From contig JALDZX010000011.1 of assembly GCA_022813865.1 (NCBI GenBank), positions 372,001 to 436,000 on the forward strand: a stretch of DNA of 64,000 nucleotides, given 5' to 3'. Both the position numbers and the translations under genes were made by a program. Positions 36,201 to 49,053 of the stretch are shown here, one piece after another. The stretch comes from Xylographa opegraphella (lineage: Eukaryota). Below the pieces are notes generated by a model. It worked only from the letters and a program-made list of their open reading frames with translations. It was not told the origin of the DNA and did not search any database. Each line of letters starts with the position of its first letter. Position 1 is the stretch's first letter.

Positions 36201-37692
36201 GAAGATCATGGCGTTACGCCCGTGATAGATCGACACCAATCGTGGACCCAATCTATTTCCAATTCTGTTATTTTTTTCTATCAGTGTGATGATAGCTCGT
36301 CTTGTGGGTTTCCGACAGAGCGTGTCGTCGAAACATCGAGTTTCACGTCGCAGGCTACCTGTCCGCAGAACATCGTGGCAAGATAGCCAACATACACGAT
36401 CAGACGCAGATCCAATGCTCTCATCCTCATGCCCAGCTACCACCAACCAAACAGAAGAAGCCGCATTGCGCTGCAGCAATTCAGATCCGAGATAACCGGC
36501 CGCGGCATTCTCAAACCTTTCATTCATGAAAAGGCATTCTTGCATCTTCCCGCCCTGTGAATCCCCAACGACCGAGCACACCGTCACAGCACCACCGGTT
36601 TCCCTCACCTGCATCTCCGCTCTATCCTCCACCATCGACGTATCGACCACCGAGTCGCTCATCTGGCATCATCTGCAGTTCTGGCTGCCCTCTCCCCCCC
36701 CCCCTCCCCCCTCGCCCACTCTTAATCCTCCTCCCCCTCTCGCATCCAACCAACCACCTCGCACCGCCTCGGAACTTTCCCCCGCCCCTCTGTCCTGCAT
36801 CATCCGCCTTGGAGCCCGTCCATCCACTCTCCTCATCACGACCTCCCCGCGCCGCTGCGCTCCTCCACCTCCCCTCGCGCTCCCACCCACTCCTTCTCCC
36901 CTACACCCTAACCCCTCCCTCCTTCCCATCCAACAGACCCAGCCCACTCGCGCCAGCCGGCAGTCCAGATCCCGTGCTGGCACCCACTAGCCGTCGGACC
37001 TCACCCCACGTTACTGGGACGCGGAATACCGGCGTTTGCTCTGCTGCGGTTGGCTACTCTTGGCGAAGGGTGGGGAGGGGGCGGAAGGGGACTACTATTG
37101 GCGGGCGGAGGGGCGCACGGAAGCATTGGAGGCAGCGGAGAACGGGAAAGCGGAAGAGGGTTTCCATCGTGAATTAATCCGCGAGGTCATGCACGGACGG
37201 TACTCAGGGCTGGAAAAGGGGGGTAAATGGCGGGGACGGCACGCGGTGTATGTCTCGCGGGAAATTGGCCTACTAATTCCACTTCACCACGATAACTAGA
37301 AAAGCGCAATCACACAAGACGATGGATGGCATGGCAGTTATGAAAAAAGGATTCATCGGCCATCGAAACGCCTGAGTTAATGCTCATAAAGATGCTCGTG
37401 GAACGCCATCCGCCCCCGAAAGGAAGGCTGTCCCAGATATCGCTGCCGCGCGGAAAGCGAGCATTATCCAACCCAGCACGCCTTTTGGAAAAGAAAAAAA
37501 CATGACGGACAATTGCCCAATGCTTGGCGAAAGGTATCGCCGTGGCAGCTAGCACGTAAAAGTCTACCGGTGTAGGTAAGAAAAGAGTCGTCTCGCAATG
37601 CAGGGCAATGCTATGCCATGCAAATACCCTACTATCATGTCGTACCAATTTCGTCGTGTCGAATACGGTGAGCCCGATCAGACGCCTTGCGT

Positions 37693-38350
37693 TTAGGCAT
37701 CCTCTTTCTTCTCGCCTTGGATCGTTATGCTATCGTTGAGCACGCCGTCGAGGCCCGAAGTGGTGGTTTTGCTCGAGGGGGGAGAGAGCATGTTCTTGGA
37801 TGAGGTCTTGGCGAAGAGGGATTGGGGTTTGGCTCTGTGTGTGGAGAATGTTAGTTACTGACACCCTCTTTTGACATTGGATAGTGAACATTGCAGCGTC
37901 TTGGAGCGGAAAGCAGATGACTGGCTTCCAACGGGCAGCTCATTATACAAGACAAGAACAGATGACAAGGAACAGAACAACCCACTTCATGAACCGCTTC
38001 TGTCGCATGCCCGCCAGCTTTTGCGTCGTAGGAGACATGATGGTGTCGGAGGGCGAGATGTAGGTCGTCTTGTGCCTATGAATCCATAACGCATTAGCAC
38101 ACCCTTTCAAGCTATGACCAGAACCCATAAAAGCATAAGTGGCGGGGCAATGAAGAATGTCCCGAAGCTCAGGATTTGCCCGGCTGAGTAAAACATACCC
38201 GTCATCAGCCAGCTTGGACTGTAGAATCTGGCGGTGATACTCCATGCTCTTGGTGTCCTCGCCGCTCTCCATCGTGGGCTTGGAGTTGGCTTTGGGGGCG
38301 TGAGGCGCGGAGGTGTTGATATCACGAGCGGCGAGCACGTTGGTAGACAT
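37693..38350 (-). CDS. SPO12: Spo12-family protein (3 exons)
   Basis: KSMEYHRQILQSK, YISPSDTIMSPTTQKL and KPQSLFAK. Confidence 0.88.
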
Positions 38351-38699
38351 TGTGGAGTGAGTGAGTGAAAAGTGACGAATGAACAGGTCTCGGAGGTAGA
38401 AGGGCTTGCTAAGTTGGAGCTCGTTTTGAAGAGATGTGGGATAGTGAAAGTTTGTGAGAGATGCTGTGACTTGGAGTGCAAGCGGTTTTGGGAAAAGAAC
38501 GATTTAAAGTGTTTGCAGGCTTTGTTGGCCGGGCAACCACTGGACATTTCCCATGGTGATTTACTGTTCAAAGTTTATCGTCATAGCATGACGTTATCAG
38601 ACAACTTATCAGGTCTATTGTTGTTTGTTTTCTCAGAAAGCCTTAGTATATTGGTGGGTGGAATTATACAACCATTTATCTACTTCAAGATATATATCA

Positions 38700-40192
38700 C
38701 TATAACTTCGACTTCGCTTGCACCCCATACTCCATTAATAACCTTTCACCTTCCTTCTTTTGCGCCTCCAACTTTTCAATCACAAATCGACCCCGTTTGT
38801 TCTCGTTCCTGCCCATCTGCTGCAAATGTACCTCGTCAGGGCCGTCCGCGATCCTTAGAGTCCGAATTTGCGCCCACATATTTGCCAACGGGGTATCTTG
38901 ACAGACACCCATCGCGCCATATGCTTGAACCGCGCGGTCAATCACAGTGAGGGCCATTTGTGGTACCAGTATCTTTGCTTCCGCGATCTCGAGTAGTGCA
39001 CCTTTCGCGTTCGACTCATCGATTTTGATAGCCGCGTTAAGGACGATAAGACGAGCGGCGTCAATCTCGAGACGAGATTTGGCGACCCACTCTAGAATAA
39101 CACCGTGCTCGTTGAGCTGTTTTCCGAAAGGCTTCTTATTGGGGTCGTTTATACGAGCGAGCATCCATTCAAGTGCTTTCTCTGCGGCTCCAATCGATCG
39201 CATCGCGTGGTGTATTCTGCCTGGTCCGAGACGCCCCTGAATGATTTCAAAGCCTCGACCTTCGCCAAGAACCATGCACGACGCAGGGACGCGGACGTTA
39301 TTAAAGGTAATATGGCCGTGACCATGAGGAGCATCATCGTAGCCGTAGACAGACAGCATACGCAAAACCTTTATGCCTGGTGTATCGGCAGGTACGAGCA
39401 TAACAGACTGTTGCTTATAGACATCGGGGTTGTTGGGTGAGGATTTGCCCATGACTATGTAAATCTTGCATCGAGGATCGCCAGCGCCACTGCTCCACCA
39501 TTTCTGCGTATACTTTCAGCATATCATCCTTTTAATGTCTCGGTAAACTCACTGAGCCGTTAATGACATATTCATTGCCTTCTCGCCTCATCGTCATCGT
39601 TATGTTCGTTGCATCACTGGATGCGACATCCGGCTCTGTCATCAAGAATGCAGATCGAATCGTGCCATCAAGTAGGGGCTGAAGCCATTCTTTCTTCTGA
39701 GCCTCATTCCCGTATTTCGCAATGACCTCCATGTTGCCGGTATCTGGCGCAGCACAGTTCGTAGCCTCCGAAGCGACCCTCGATTTGCCCAGGTGTTCTG
39801 CCATCAAACCATACTCCAAGTTGCTGAATCCAGCTCCCTCCTTGAAGTGATTCTTCGGCAGAAACATATTCCACAGCCCCAGTTTCTTCGCCTTGACCTT
39901 TAAATCGTCGATCACAGATGGATAGGTGTTCCATCTTTGCTCTGCTTCGCCGAGTTGTGAGTAGAAGACTTGGTCTGCGGGAACACATTCTTCCTCGACG
40001 AACTTCTCTACCTGTGGATAGACAATATTAGGGCAGAGCTCCTACTGTATGGAGTATGGATAGTACCAAGTCCAGTGTCTTCCTTGCTCTTTCACTAACA
40101 GCCCATCTGGCGATGATGGGGATTCTTTCGGAGGCGGTCTGGGGTCTTTTACTATTGGCAAGCAAGTTCTGACTGTATTGATTTTTAGACAT
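38700..40192 (-). CDS. Peroxisomal acyl-CoA dehydrogenase (ACAD10/11-like)
   Basis: [44 protein letters not shown] and [11 protein letters not shown], with a C-terminal SKL PTS1. 3 exons. Confidence 0.95.
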
Positions 40193-40312
40193 TATTGGCG
40201 GTGCTTTAGAAATGGATTCCTATTCAAACCAAGACACGAAAGCGGCCAAATTGTGAACTTCGGGGGCCAGCAGCTTCCCTTCTAACCCCACAATCCTCCA
40301 ATCATCCCCATG

Positions 40313-40328
40313 CCTCGGTCCACCTCGG
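40313..40328. promoter_or_regulatory. Two CCTCGG FarA/FarB-type sites
   Basis: CCTCGG at 40313 and 40323, about 120 bp upstream of the acyl-CoA dehydrogenase ATG. Confidence 0.6.
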
Positions 40329-40444
40329 CACCTTTGGCGCAAGCGGAGTTTATCCGATGACACTGCTGATTGCGCTACTAAAGCAGAGAGCTTCGTACCA
40401 TTTTCGTGGAGGGATATGGTCTAAAGCTTTGAACAGAGTCATTG

Positions 40445-43400
40445 ATGGCACTCGGTCCATCAGGGGGCTATGTAGCCTCCAGCAGCTTACAAGACCTGGG
40501 CGACGCTTCGCTACCTATCTTCAATGTCGAAAGAGTCCAGCTTCAATTCTCCATCTCCTCCGACTTTGTAGCTGCCCAAGTAGCAAACAATGTTCTTGTA
40601 TTGGCGCTGTCAACCGGGCGAGTCTTGCGTATAGATCTTGACAGTCCGGCCGATATTGATGGTCTGTTAACATCTCCTTCGTTCTCCACGACGGCATTGA
40701 CCGTTCATAGATATTGATCTCCCGAAAAAGTCGTCCGAGATTGGGCTCATTCGCCGCATGTTTCTTGATCCTTCGGCGTCTCACCTAATCATCACGACTA
40801 CTTTCGGAGAAAACTACTATCTACATACGCAATCAAAGCAACCCAAAGCGCTATCCCGGTTGAAGGGAGTGACGATTGAAAGTATAGGTTGGAATCCTTC
40901 CTTACCGACAGCTTCAACAAGAGAGATATTGGTTGGTGCCTCAGACGGGAATATCTATGAGACGTACATTGAACAGTCGAATGAGTTCTATCGAAGGGAG
41001 GAAAAGTATCTCAAGTCTGTCTATAAAATATCCGACGGGGCTGTAACAGGTATATGGGTGGATATTTTAGACAGCCGGCCAGACGTTAGACGGATCCTTA
41101 TTGCTTCACCCAACCGGCTCCTACACTTTGCTGGGCGGATAGGACGACATGGCCAAGAAGGATCAGGAAGCATATTCACAAAGCTTTTCGAGACGGAAGC
41201 ACCTACCGTTCAAGAAGGAACAGACAATGCATCTTCAGCACCTTCGGCGCTAGCGATTTCTCCAGATATTCCAAGCTCAAACTCAAAAGAAGAAGGACTA
41301 GCTGATGGAACTTTTGCTTGGCTAACCGGTCCAGGTATCATGTATGGTGGTTTACAGTCTTCTGCAGATTTATCGAATCTTGGTATCAGGACATTCAACA
41401 ATATTAAAGCTTTTGACAGACTGAAGATCCCTGCTTCGGAGAATGCCAGTGGTCGGAAGAGGCCTATAAAGGATCCGATACAAGGCATTGCTCTTACTCA
41501 ATGGCATATTCTGGCATTTGTCGAAGGGCGGATCATTGCAATCAACCGGCTAGACGAGCGAATCGTTTATGACCAACTCGTACTCGATCCCAGTCAAAAA
41601 GCGATAGGTCTTTTTGCCGATCAAAAGAAAAATACGTTCTGGCTATTTACTAAGCAAGAAATTTTCGAAATAGTAGTCAATGACGAAGAACGTGATGTAT
41701 GGAAGATCATGCTCAAGGACCAAAAGTATGACGCGGCTTTGCATTATGCCTGTGGCGCTACTCAAAAAGATGCCGTGGCGACCGCCTCTGGTGATTTCTT
41801 GGCCGGCAAAGGTCAGTTCCTTGAGGCCGCTGCAGTGTACGGAAAGAGTAGCAAGCCGTTTGAACAGGTTGCTCTCTTGTTCATCGATGAGGGCGAGCAG
41901 GACGCCTTGCGGAAATACCTCTTGACAAAGCTGGCAACTTTTAAGAAGAATTTCATTATGCAGCGAGTCATGATTGCCAGTTGGCTAACAGAGATATTTA
42001 TGACCAAGTTTAATAATCTTGACGATACTATCACAACGAAAGCTGAGTTGGTCGCACAGACGAATACTGCAGAGACGAAAGACGAGCTTGCAAGTGTTCG
42101 ACAAGAATTCCAGGATTTCATTACGCGGTATAAAGGGGACTTGGACAGTAAGACTACTTACGAAATTATTAGCAGTCATGGACGGGAACAGGAGCTGTTG
42201 TCCTATGCTACCGCGATAAATGACTATAATTTTATATTGTCGTACTGGGTGCAGAGGGAAAGATGGTCCGAAGCCCTGGACGTCCTCAAGAAACAGACCG
42301 ATCCGTCCATATTCTACAAGTATAGTAGCGTCCTCATGATACATGTTCCCACAGAGCTTGTCGATATCCTCATGCGCCACCGGGATCTAAATCCTCGTAA
42401 CCTCATTCCAGCACTTCTGAACTACACCAAAGACAACGCCGGACCTCTTTCGCAGAACCAAGCAGCTCGATACTTGGTGTTCTGTATCAATCAACTTCAT
42501 TCAACCGACGCCGCTATACATAATACACTGATATCAATATACGCATCACATCCGGCCCCGTCTGAAGCTGCTCTTCTAAGCTATCTATCGGCTCAATCGG
42601 CCCATCGGCCACCATCATACGATGCAGACTTTGCACTTCGCCTCTGTATACAGCACTCGCGTGTTCAATCATGCGTACATATATACTCACTCATGGGACA
42701 GTATGCCTCGGCTGTGTCCCTGGCATTGAAACATAACGAAATCGATCTTGCTTCCCTCATTGCCGATCGTCCCGCAGACGCCAATCCGGCGCTGCGAAAG
42801 AAACTATGGTTGGCCGTGGCGAAGAAAGTCATCAGCCAGCAGGGTACAGGCTCCATCAAAACCGCAATCGATTTCCTGAAGCGCTGCGACCTCCTTCGGA
42901 TCGAAGATCTCATCCCATTCTTCCCGGACTTTGTAGTCATCGACGACTTCAAGGACGAGATCTGTGCCGCGCTCGAATCCTATTCGAGACACATCGACAG
43001 CCTCAAGACCGAAATGGACGAGTCGGCTGCGACCGCCGAGTCCATCAAAGATGACATCAAACGCCTTGATAGACGCTATGTTATCGTCGAGCCGGGTGAG
43101 GGTTGTAGGGTTTGTGGACTTCCCCTGCTCAGTCGACAATTCTTTGTCTTCCCTAGCTGTCAGCATGGTTTTCACAGTGACTGCCTCGGTAGGAAGGTTG
43201 TGGAAGGAAGTGGACTGACCACCCGAGGAAGGATCCGAGAATTGCAAGCCAGTATCGGAAGAGGAGGGGGTGGAGCAAGGAGGGAGCGGGAGGTTCGAGA
43301 ATTGGATGCTCTCGTGGGGAAGGAGTGGTATGTTTCCTATCCAAGCACTTCAGCTTCATGACTAATCTGTCGTTTAAACAGTGCCTTGTGCAGCGACTTT

Positions 43401-43466
43401 GCTATACGCCTGATAGAAGAACCATTCATCTCCGACACGGACAACAAGGACGAATGGGCCGTCTGA
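40445..43466 (+). CDS. VPS18: Vacuolar protein sorting 18 (HOPS/CORVET; Pep3/DigA)
   Basis: MFLDPSASHLII, clathrin-like repeat region, LRIEDLIPFFPDFVVIDDFK and a C-terminal RING-H2 (CRVC...CQHGFHSDC...CALC). 3 exons. Confidence 0.96.
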
Positions 43467-43695
43467 ATCAAATGCTGCCCATTAATCACGTGGAGCATGG
43501 AGGTAATGTCACCATATGAGAAGCGAATATATCATCAGCAATCGCCGCTATCAAGTCTGCTAATAATCGCATGACTGAAATAGAAACGGGTTGGACATGC
43601 ACATGAGAACTCAAAGCACACCCTCCATGCGAGCGCCGCCATACTACTATTCCCGTTTCAACAGGATGAATAGGCCAGTAACCACTCAAATAGTT

Positions 43696-44034
43696 TCACC
43701 GGAAGCTCCGAACCTGCCCATCTTTGGAATTGACCTGAAAACCATGGCCAGTCATTTAGCGTCTTATGCTCACCGGCCGACCATCAGCGTCTGCAGACAG
43801 CATATTGACCGTCATGGTCGGTGGCTTTTCCCCCTTCAATTCCTGCCACAAGCTTCTGGATGCCTGCAATACACTTCAAAAACAGGATGTGCCATGGATC
43901 GTGTACTGCTTCCTTACCTTGGACGAAGTCTCCGTCGTCGTGGTCTTCCCAGAACCATCCCCCTGTATTTCCGTCACCATTTGCGAGAATGAGCGTTCTA
44001 CCTTGTTGGAACGAGGAGTCTTGGAGATGGGCAT
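43696..44034 (-). CDS. Possible small spliced orphan (about 69 aa) or remnant of a decayed gene
   Basis: MPISKTPRSNKV...TSSK|ASRSLWQELKGEKPPTMT|VNSKDGQVRSFR*. Two GT-AG introns (43864-43917, 43735-43809) each remove an in-frame stop. Confidence 0.3.
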
Positions 44035-46471
44035 GACGGATGGATGGTGCGGTAGGAAGTACTGGGCTTGCGCTAGATCTTTCGGGGGTATCTTGATAGG
44101 TCTGGAGGTTTAGAGATGGAGCCGGTATTCTTCGAAACGTTGTATTTAGTGTGGTGGAGCTCGTAAGGTCGATGGAGCGGGTAGCATGGAGAAATAATAA
44201 GTCCGTTTGTGGTATACTACTATTCAAAAGAGAGAACATTCCAGATCCCCCACTCCCCGCATTACGAGGCTCAGCGTGTGAGTCTCGCAGGTAACCTACC
44301 TATTTAACCTACCTCGGCTGTGACAAAAGTGGCGATAAGGCACCGATAAGGGCGAGCGACACCGCATTTTTTTGCGACAAGGGCGCAACACGGCGGGTCT
44401 TTGCGCCGACTCTTTGTGTGACAGAACCGAGGAGCGGGGGGGGGGCTATGGCGAAGAAGAAAAAGCTCGTCGGATCAGCGCAATGAGCTTTTACATTCTC
44501 GATATGGAATCGAGCTACTGCTGCTGCTTCACGACGTGGGAGTTCCATCGGTTGTTTTCGCTGCTTGACGGAGGGGGTCGGAGCTTTACAGGATTTCGCG
44601 GGCTCCCGTCCTCCCAAGCGGAGATAAGGGCTTGTTGCTTAAGGTAGCATACCGCCGGCTTCGGGGTGGATTCTTAGGGATGTGGGCGAATTGTACTTAG
44701 TATGTTGCTGTATGGTCCGGGAGGGGGTGTCGGCGGTTCAGTTCCGCGTTCATCTACGATATGCCCAAGGATGATCATACTCGTATTGATGATTGATCAG
44801 TCGATATTACTCAAAGGGATCGAGCGAGAACAGAAGCATGCCCAGGTTGAGGTGGTTGGCGAGTTTGTCATTGGTTTGTGGATAGCAGGAATCGCTAAGC
44901 GAGGCTTGGAGGGTGAGCATCAGCGAATCCACTTGCACGAGAGAAGCGAACTCTGTGGAATGGTTGTGAGGAATAGAGCTGAGTTTTGGGCGTCGAGATC
45001 AATGGTAACATGGTTTTGTGACTTGTTAGGGGAGTTTTGGGGTACCAGAGGCACAGACAGGTAGGTACTTTGTTAATTGATGCACGGGACCTAACTGATA
45101 GCCCTAAGGTAAGCATCGGCGATCAGGGTTCGGCCCTAGTACAATCAAGCGAGTTGCGTCCTTGGCAACGCTCGAGGTGAGACCTGATTTTGCGCGAAGC
45201 ATTATTATTGTGCGGTACTTCGCACATGATGATCATCAATAATGTCTTCGTTATGAGCTGATCGACAATGCTTTACTCCATACACAGTAGCTTATTCTCC
45301 AGAACGTTCCGAGAAATACCTCCGTAGCGCTGACTGTGACAACTGGCCAAGGAAAGAGGTCTCTCACAAGGCAAGTATGGCAGCAATATCAGGCCATATT
45401 CTCCACAGCCATTGAGAAGTAGTTCTCCCTGCTTCTGATCGGCGTACGTGGTCCAATAGTGCTGGATCAAGCCGTCAAGAACTCGGTGTAGAGGTCAACA
45501 TAAGAGCAACGCCGGGACGCGATGGAAAGCACTCCACGTGTACACTGCACTACCCTACAGAGGACTGTGACAGCATATTTGAGTTTTGTAAGGGCTGCCA
45601 TTCACGACACACAATCAAAACCAGCAATGAGTGTGTGTGAACGGAGATGAAGTGCCTGTGAAGCCTTCAGGTTGATACCCACTCCTCCGGCCGCGCGTGG
45701 AACCTTCTTCAACACCATTCTGACGTGCTTCTAGAAACCACGGCCATTTGCGTCGCCGACGTGACACAAGAAACCTTTGAAGACGTGTACATCTGTACGA
45801 CACCGAGGTTCGTTTGCAGAGCTTGGGTTGGAAGGACGAATACAGTCCTGTTGCAAGGACGCGGGTGATGGCAACTGGATCGATCGATGTAGTGTCGCTC
45901 AAGCAAAGCCTGACTACCTTAGCTCCTTAGGTAGGTTCCTTTTGAGCATGCGTTGTTTAGCTCGGGAGCTTGGGGCGTCGGAGAAGGGGGCAGCCTTAGC
46001 CCGGGGGCTCTAATGAGCGGCTTCCAAGCCATACCCGCCCCTCGCTTACTGCGTAGTTTGTCGTTCGTTGCCCGCACGCTGTTGCCAGTCGCTAGCGCGC
46101 CGGTCATGGGTCTCAAATCCTTGCTTCCCCGACTCCCCCACCATCAGTGCTGCAATGAAATCGGCACTGCCGTCGACGGATGCGAAGAGTCTGCACTTGC
46201 ATGTCATGCCGATGGTACTCTGACCAAGTAGCCGCCGCGCCAATGGCCACTTGCTGCCCGGCGTGCTCTTGAGCCTGGCAAGAGATGACAAACCGCGCTC
46301 CATAACATAAGTAAGCCGCCGTCACCGCCCCACCGACGACGGTCGTGACAATTTCTCGTGCGCCATATCTCCGAAACTTTTCCTCTCTCGTGGAGCCACT
46401 CGCGTGTCTACCTTCAAACAGCTCGTGGAAATCTAGCTCTGCAGCTTTATCGCTGCTAGCTGCCGTTGGAC

Positions 46472-48153
46472 ATGGCGACTGAAGAACCTTCTATAGCCGT
46501 GGACGCCGCTTTGACAGCCGACAACGTGAGCTCGTCTCTTCCCGAAAAATGGCCCTCCTTGGTATTCGGATCATTGACGCTTCCACAGTATGGCTCTTCA
46601 GCGGACTCCGCGTACGACTCCGAAGTGTACGCTTCACACGGTTCCTTGTTGCTACAAGCACTCGTTCGTAGCTAAGACCTCGTTGTTCTAGAGCAAGCTA
46701 CACCACCTCGCTCGCTTCAGGGGTCACGGATTACAGGTTTGAACACGGCAGGAGGTACCACGCCTACAAGGAAGGAAGTACGTCTCGACAAGTCGTGAGC
46801 CCGAGACCGGACTGAGCTGCTCACTCATCTTGACAGGTTATATCTACCCGAACGATGAGGTGCCTACTTGATCTACAACGACCATGATCGCTATCGCTAA
46901 AGATCTGCAGAAAGAGAGCGATCGTCTAGACATTGCCCATAAGATGATGGAGGTATGTTTGCGCTCGGTATCCTGGTTTTCACTGTAGCTGAAGCTTTAT
47001 GCTAGGTTTCCATGAATGGGAAGCTGTACCTGGCTCCTCTCAAGGGCGACCCTGGTCGAGTACTGGACATTGGTACGGGAACGGGTATCTGGGCCATGGA
47101 AATGGGTACTGCAGCTCTTTTGGAACGTGATTGTTCAGGAGGCCGAGCTGACAAGTATCTCGTCAGGCGATATGCATCCGAAATCTGATGTACGGTTCTG
47201 TCTTCTACGACGCTAACATGACTAAGCCTGGTGTGAGTCGGAAGAATATCACTAACCCCCAACGCTTTATAGATTCTGGGCAATGACTTGAGTCCCATAC
47301 AGCCGCGATGGTCTGTCAACACTCCTACGCTTTGATTCTTACTTGTTTAATTAGTCGCTTACTATCGTATCCTGCAGGGTGCCACCCAATGTTCATTTCG
47401 AGGTCGATGACGTGGAAGCCGATTGGACATATTCTGAGAAATTCGACTTCATCCATTGCCGCACGATGGGTAACGCCATTCAAAATTGGCCACGTCTTGT
47501 AAAGCAGTGCTACGAGTAAGTGGGGATTTGAAGACTCGTTCAATAACCTTCCGGCACCAGATCACCTTCCCGAAACTGATGAGAACGAACAGATTCACCA
47601 AGCCTGGGGGTTGGGCAGAGTTTGTTGACATTGACCTAACTTGGGTGTCTCCAGACAACACGATGAGTGCAGACAGCCATTGCTTCAGGATGAATACCGA
47701 GTTCATCAAGGCAACGCGTAATGCTGGAATGGAGCCATCCCCAGGCCCTCTTCTGGAAGGATTGATGAAAGATGCCGGGTTTGTGAACATCCACCATCAG
47801 AGGAATCCGTTGCCTGTAGGAACATGGCCCGCTGACAAGCATTTGGTGAGTTTCCTCATGATTCCTTCATGTCAGACGTCCTATCACGAGCCACCGAGGA
47901 CAGGCTCTTGGTTTGTCCGAGGACTGTGCCCTCTGACTGATCGTTGTTCGTACAGAAAGAGGTCGGAGCCTGGAACTACCTCCAATGCACAGAAGGTCTC
48001 GAAGCCTTCTGCTACGCCATCTTCACTCGAACACTCGGCTACACCAAAGAAGAGGTTGAAGTCTTCTGCGCGAACGCGCGAAAGGAGCTCAAGGACTCCA
48101 AACAGCACGCTTTGTTTTACCTGCACATCTGCTACGGCCAGAAGAAATCGTAG
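46472..48153 (+). CDS. LaeA-like SAM-dependent methyltransferase (11 exons)
   Basis: YRFEHGRRYHAY, PNDE.ESDRLD, VLDIGTGTGIWA, GNDLSPIQP, FEVDDVE..W, KPGGWAE, PVGTWP and YGQK. Confidence 0.95.
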
Positions 48154-49053
48154 ACGGAGGCGCAAGCAGGCTCTTCGAAACCAAAAACTAAGACGAGCAT
48201 GCCAGGCACTTCCGTTGTGCCGAACTTGCGCAGTGCTGCCACATCACGAGGCTATCTATGACACAAGTAGTCGTCGAGAGACTTAATTAACGACAAGATG
48301 AATATGAATCCCCATTGTGCTTTAGTGCACTATCAAGTCTACTGGAATATCCGTGATGTTGCCATTCTGTACCGAACCATAACAAGTGTAGATCCGAAGA
48401 TGCGAGCTGCGTGTGCCCAGAACTCAATTCGTGCAAGGATGATACTCACTGAATAGTGGAGAAGAGCGTGCAACATGAGATGATATGTGCATTCGAGCAC
48501 TCATCTGAGATAGTAATAGGCGTAGAGTACAAGTAGATACCTGGAAAGCATAGAGTAGCCGATGATGAGACACCCCCACGCTCGCCACGTTGCTCCATAA
48601 GGGGACGCCTCGACGGGCAAAGCGGAAGCTAGAAATTAGGGGCCCACAGGCGAGTCCTCCGGGGCAGGTCGCAACCGCTTTAGGTAGGAACTACTGGAGT
48701 CTGCCAAGCTTGTGTTTGAAAGGGAAATAATGACGGAATGAACATATTCTGGGCATGGTATCCGACAAGCCGTTCGTATATAGTTTCGTTCGGATAGGTA
48801 GATACTGGCGAGATGTGGTTTAATATACCTGCGATTCCGTCGGAGATAGAGCTCTGCTTTTCTTAACGCTGCAAAGGGGAGGATATTACTCTGTAGAAGC
48901 TTCTCTCCTTGATGATCCTGTTCTAGCTCAAAGCTAGTGCAATTGCCCGATCAGTAACCCAACTGCGCTCAACGCACGCCTGTCAATGAAACACTGCCAG
49001 CATTGTCCTTACAGTTTGTATATTTAAAGTGGCCATGCTCATTCAATTGCAGC

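Noticed and set aside
36526..37299. Pro-rich and Gly-rich ORFs
   Set aside because: Explained by C-rich and G-rich composition. Several frames are open with no domain signal.
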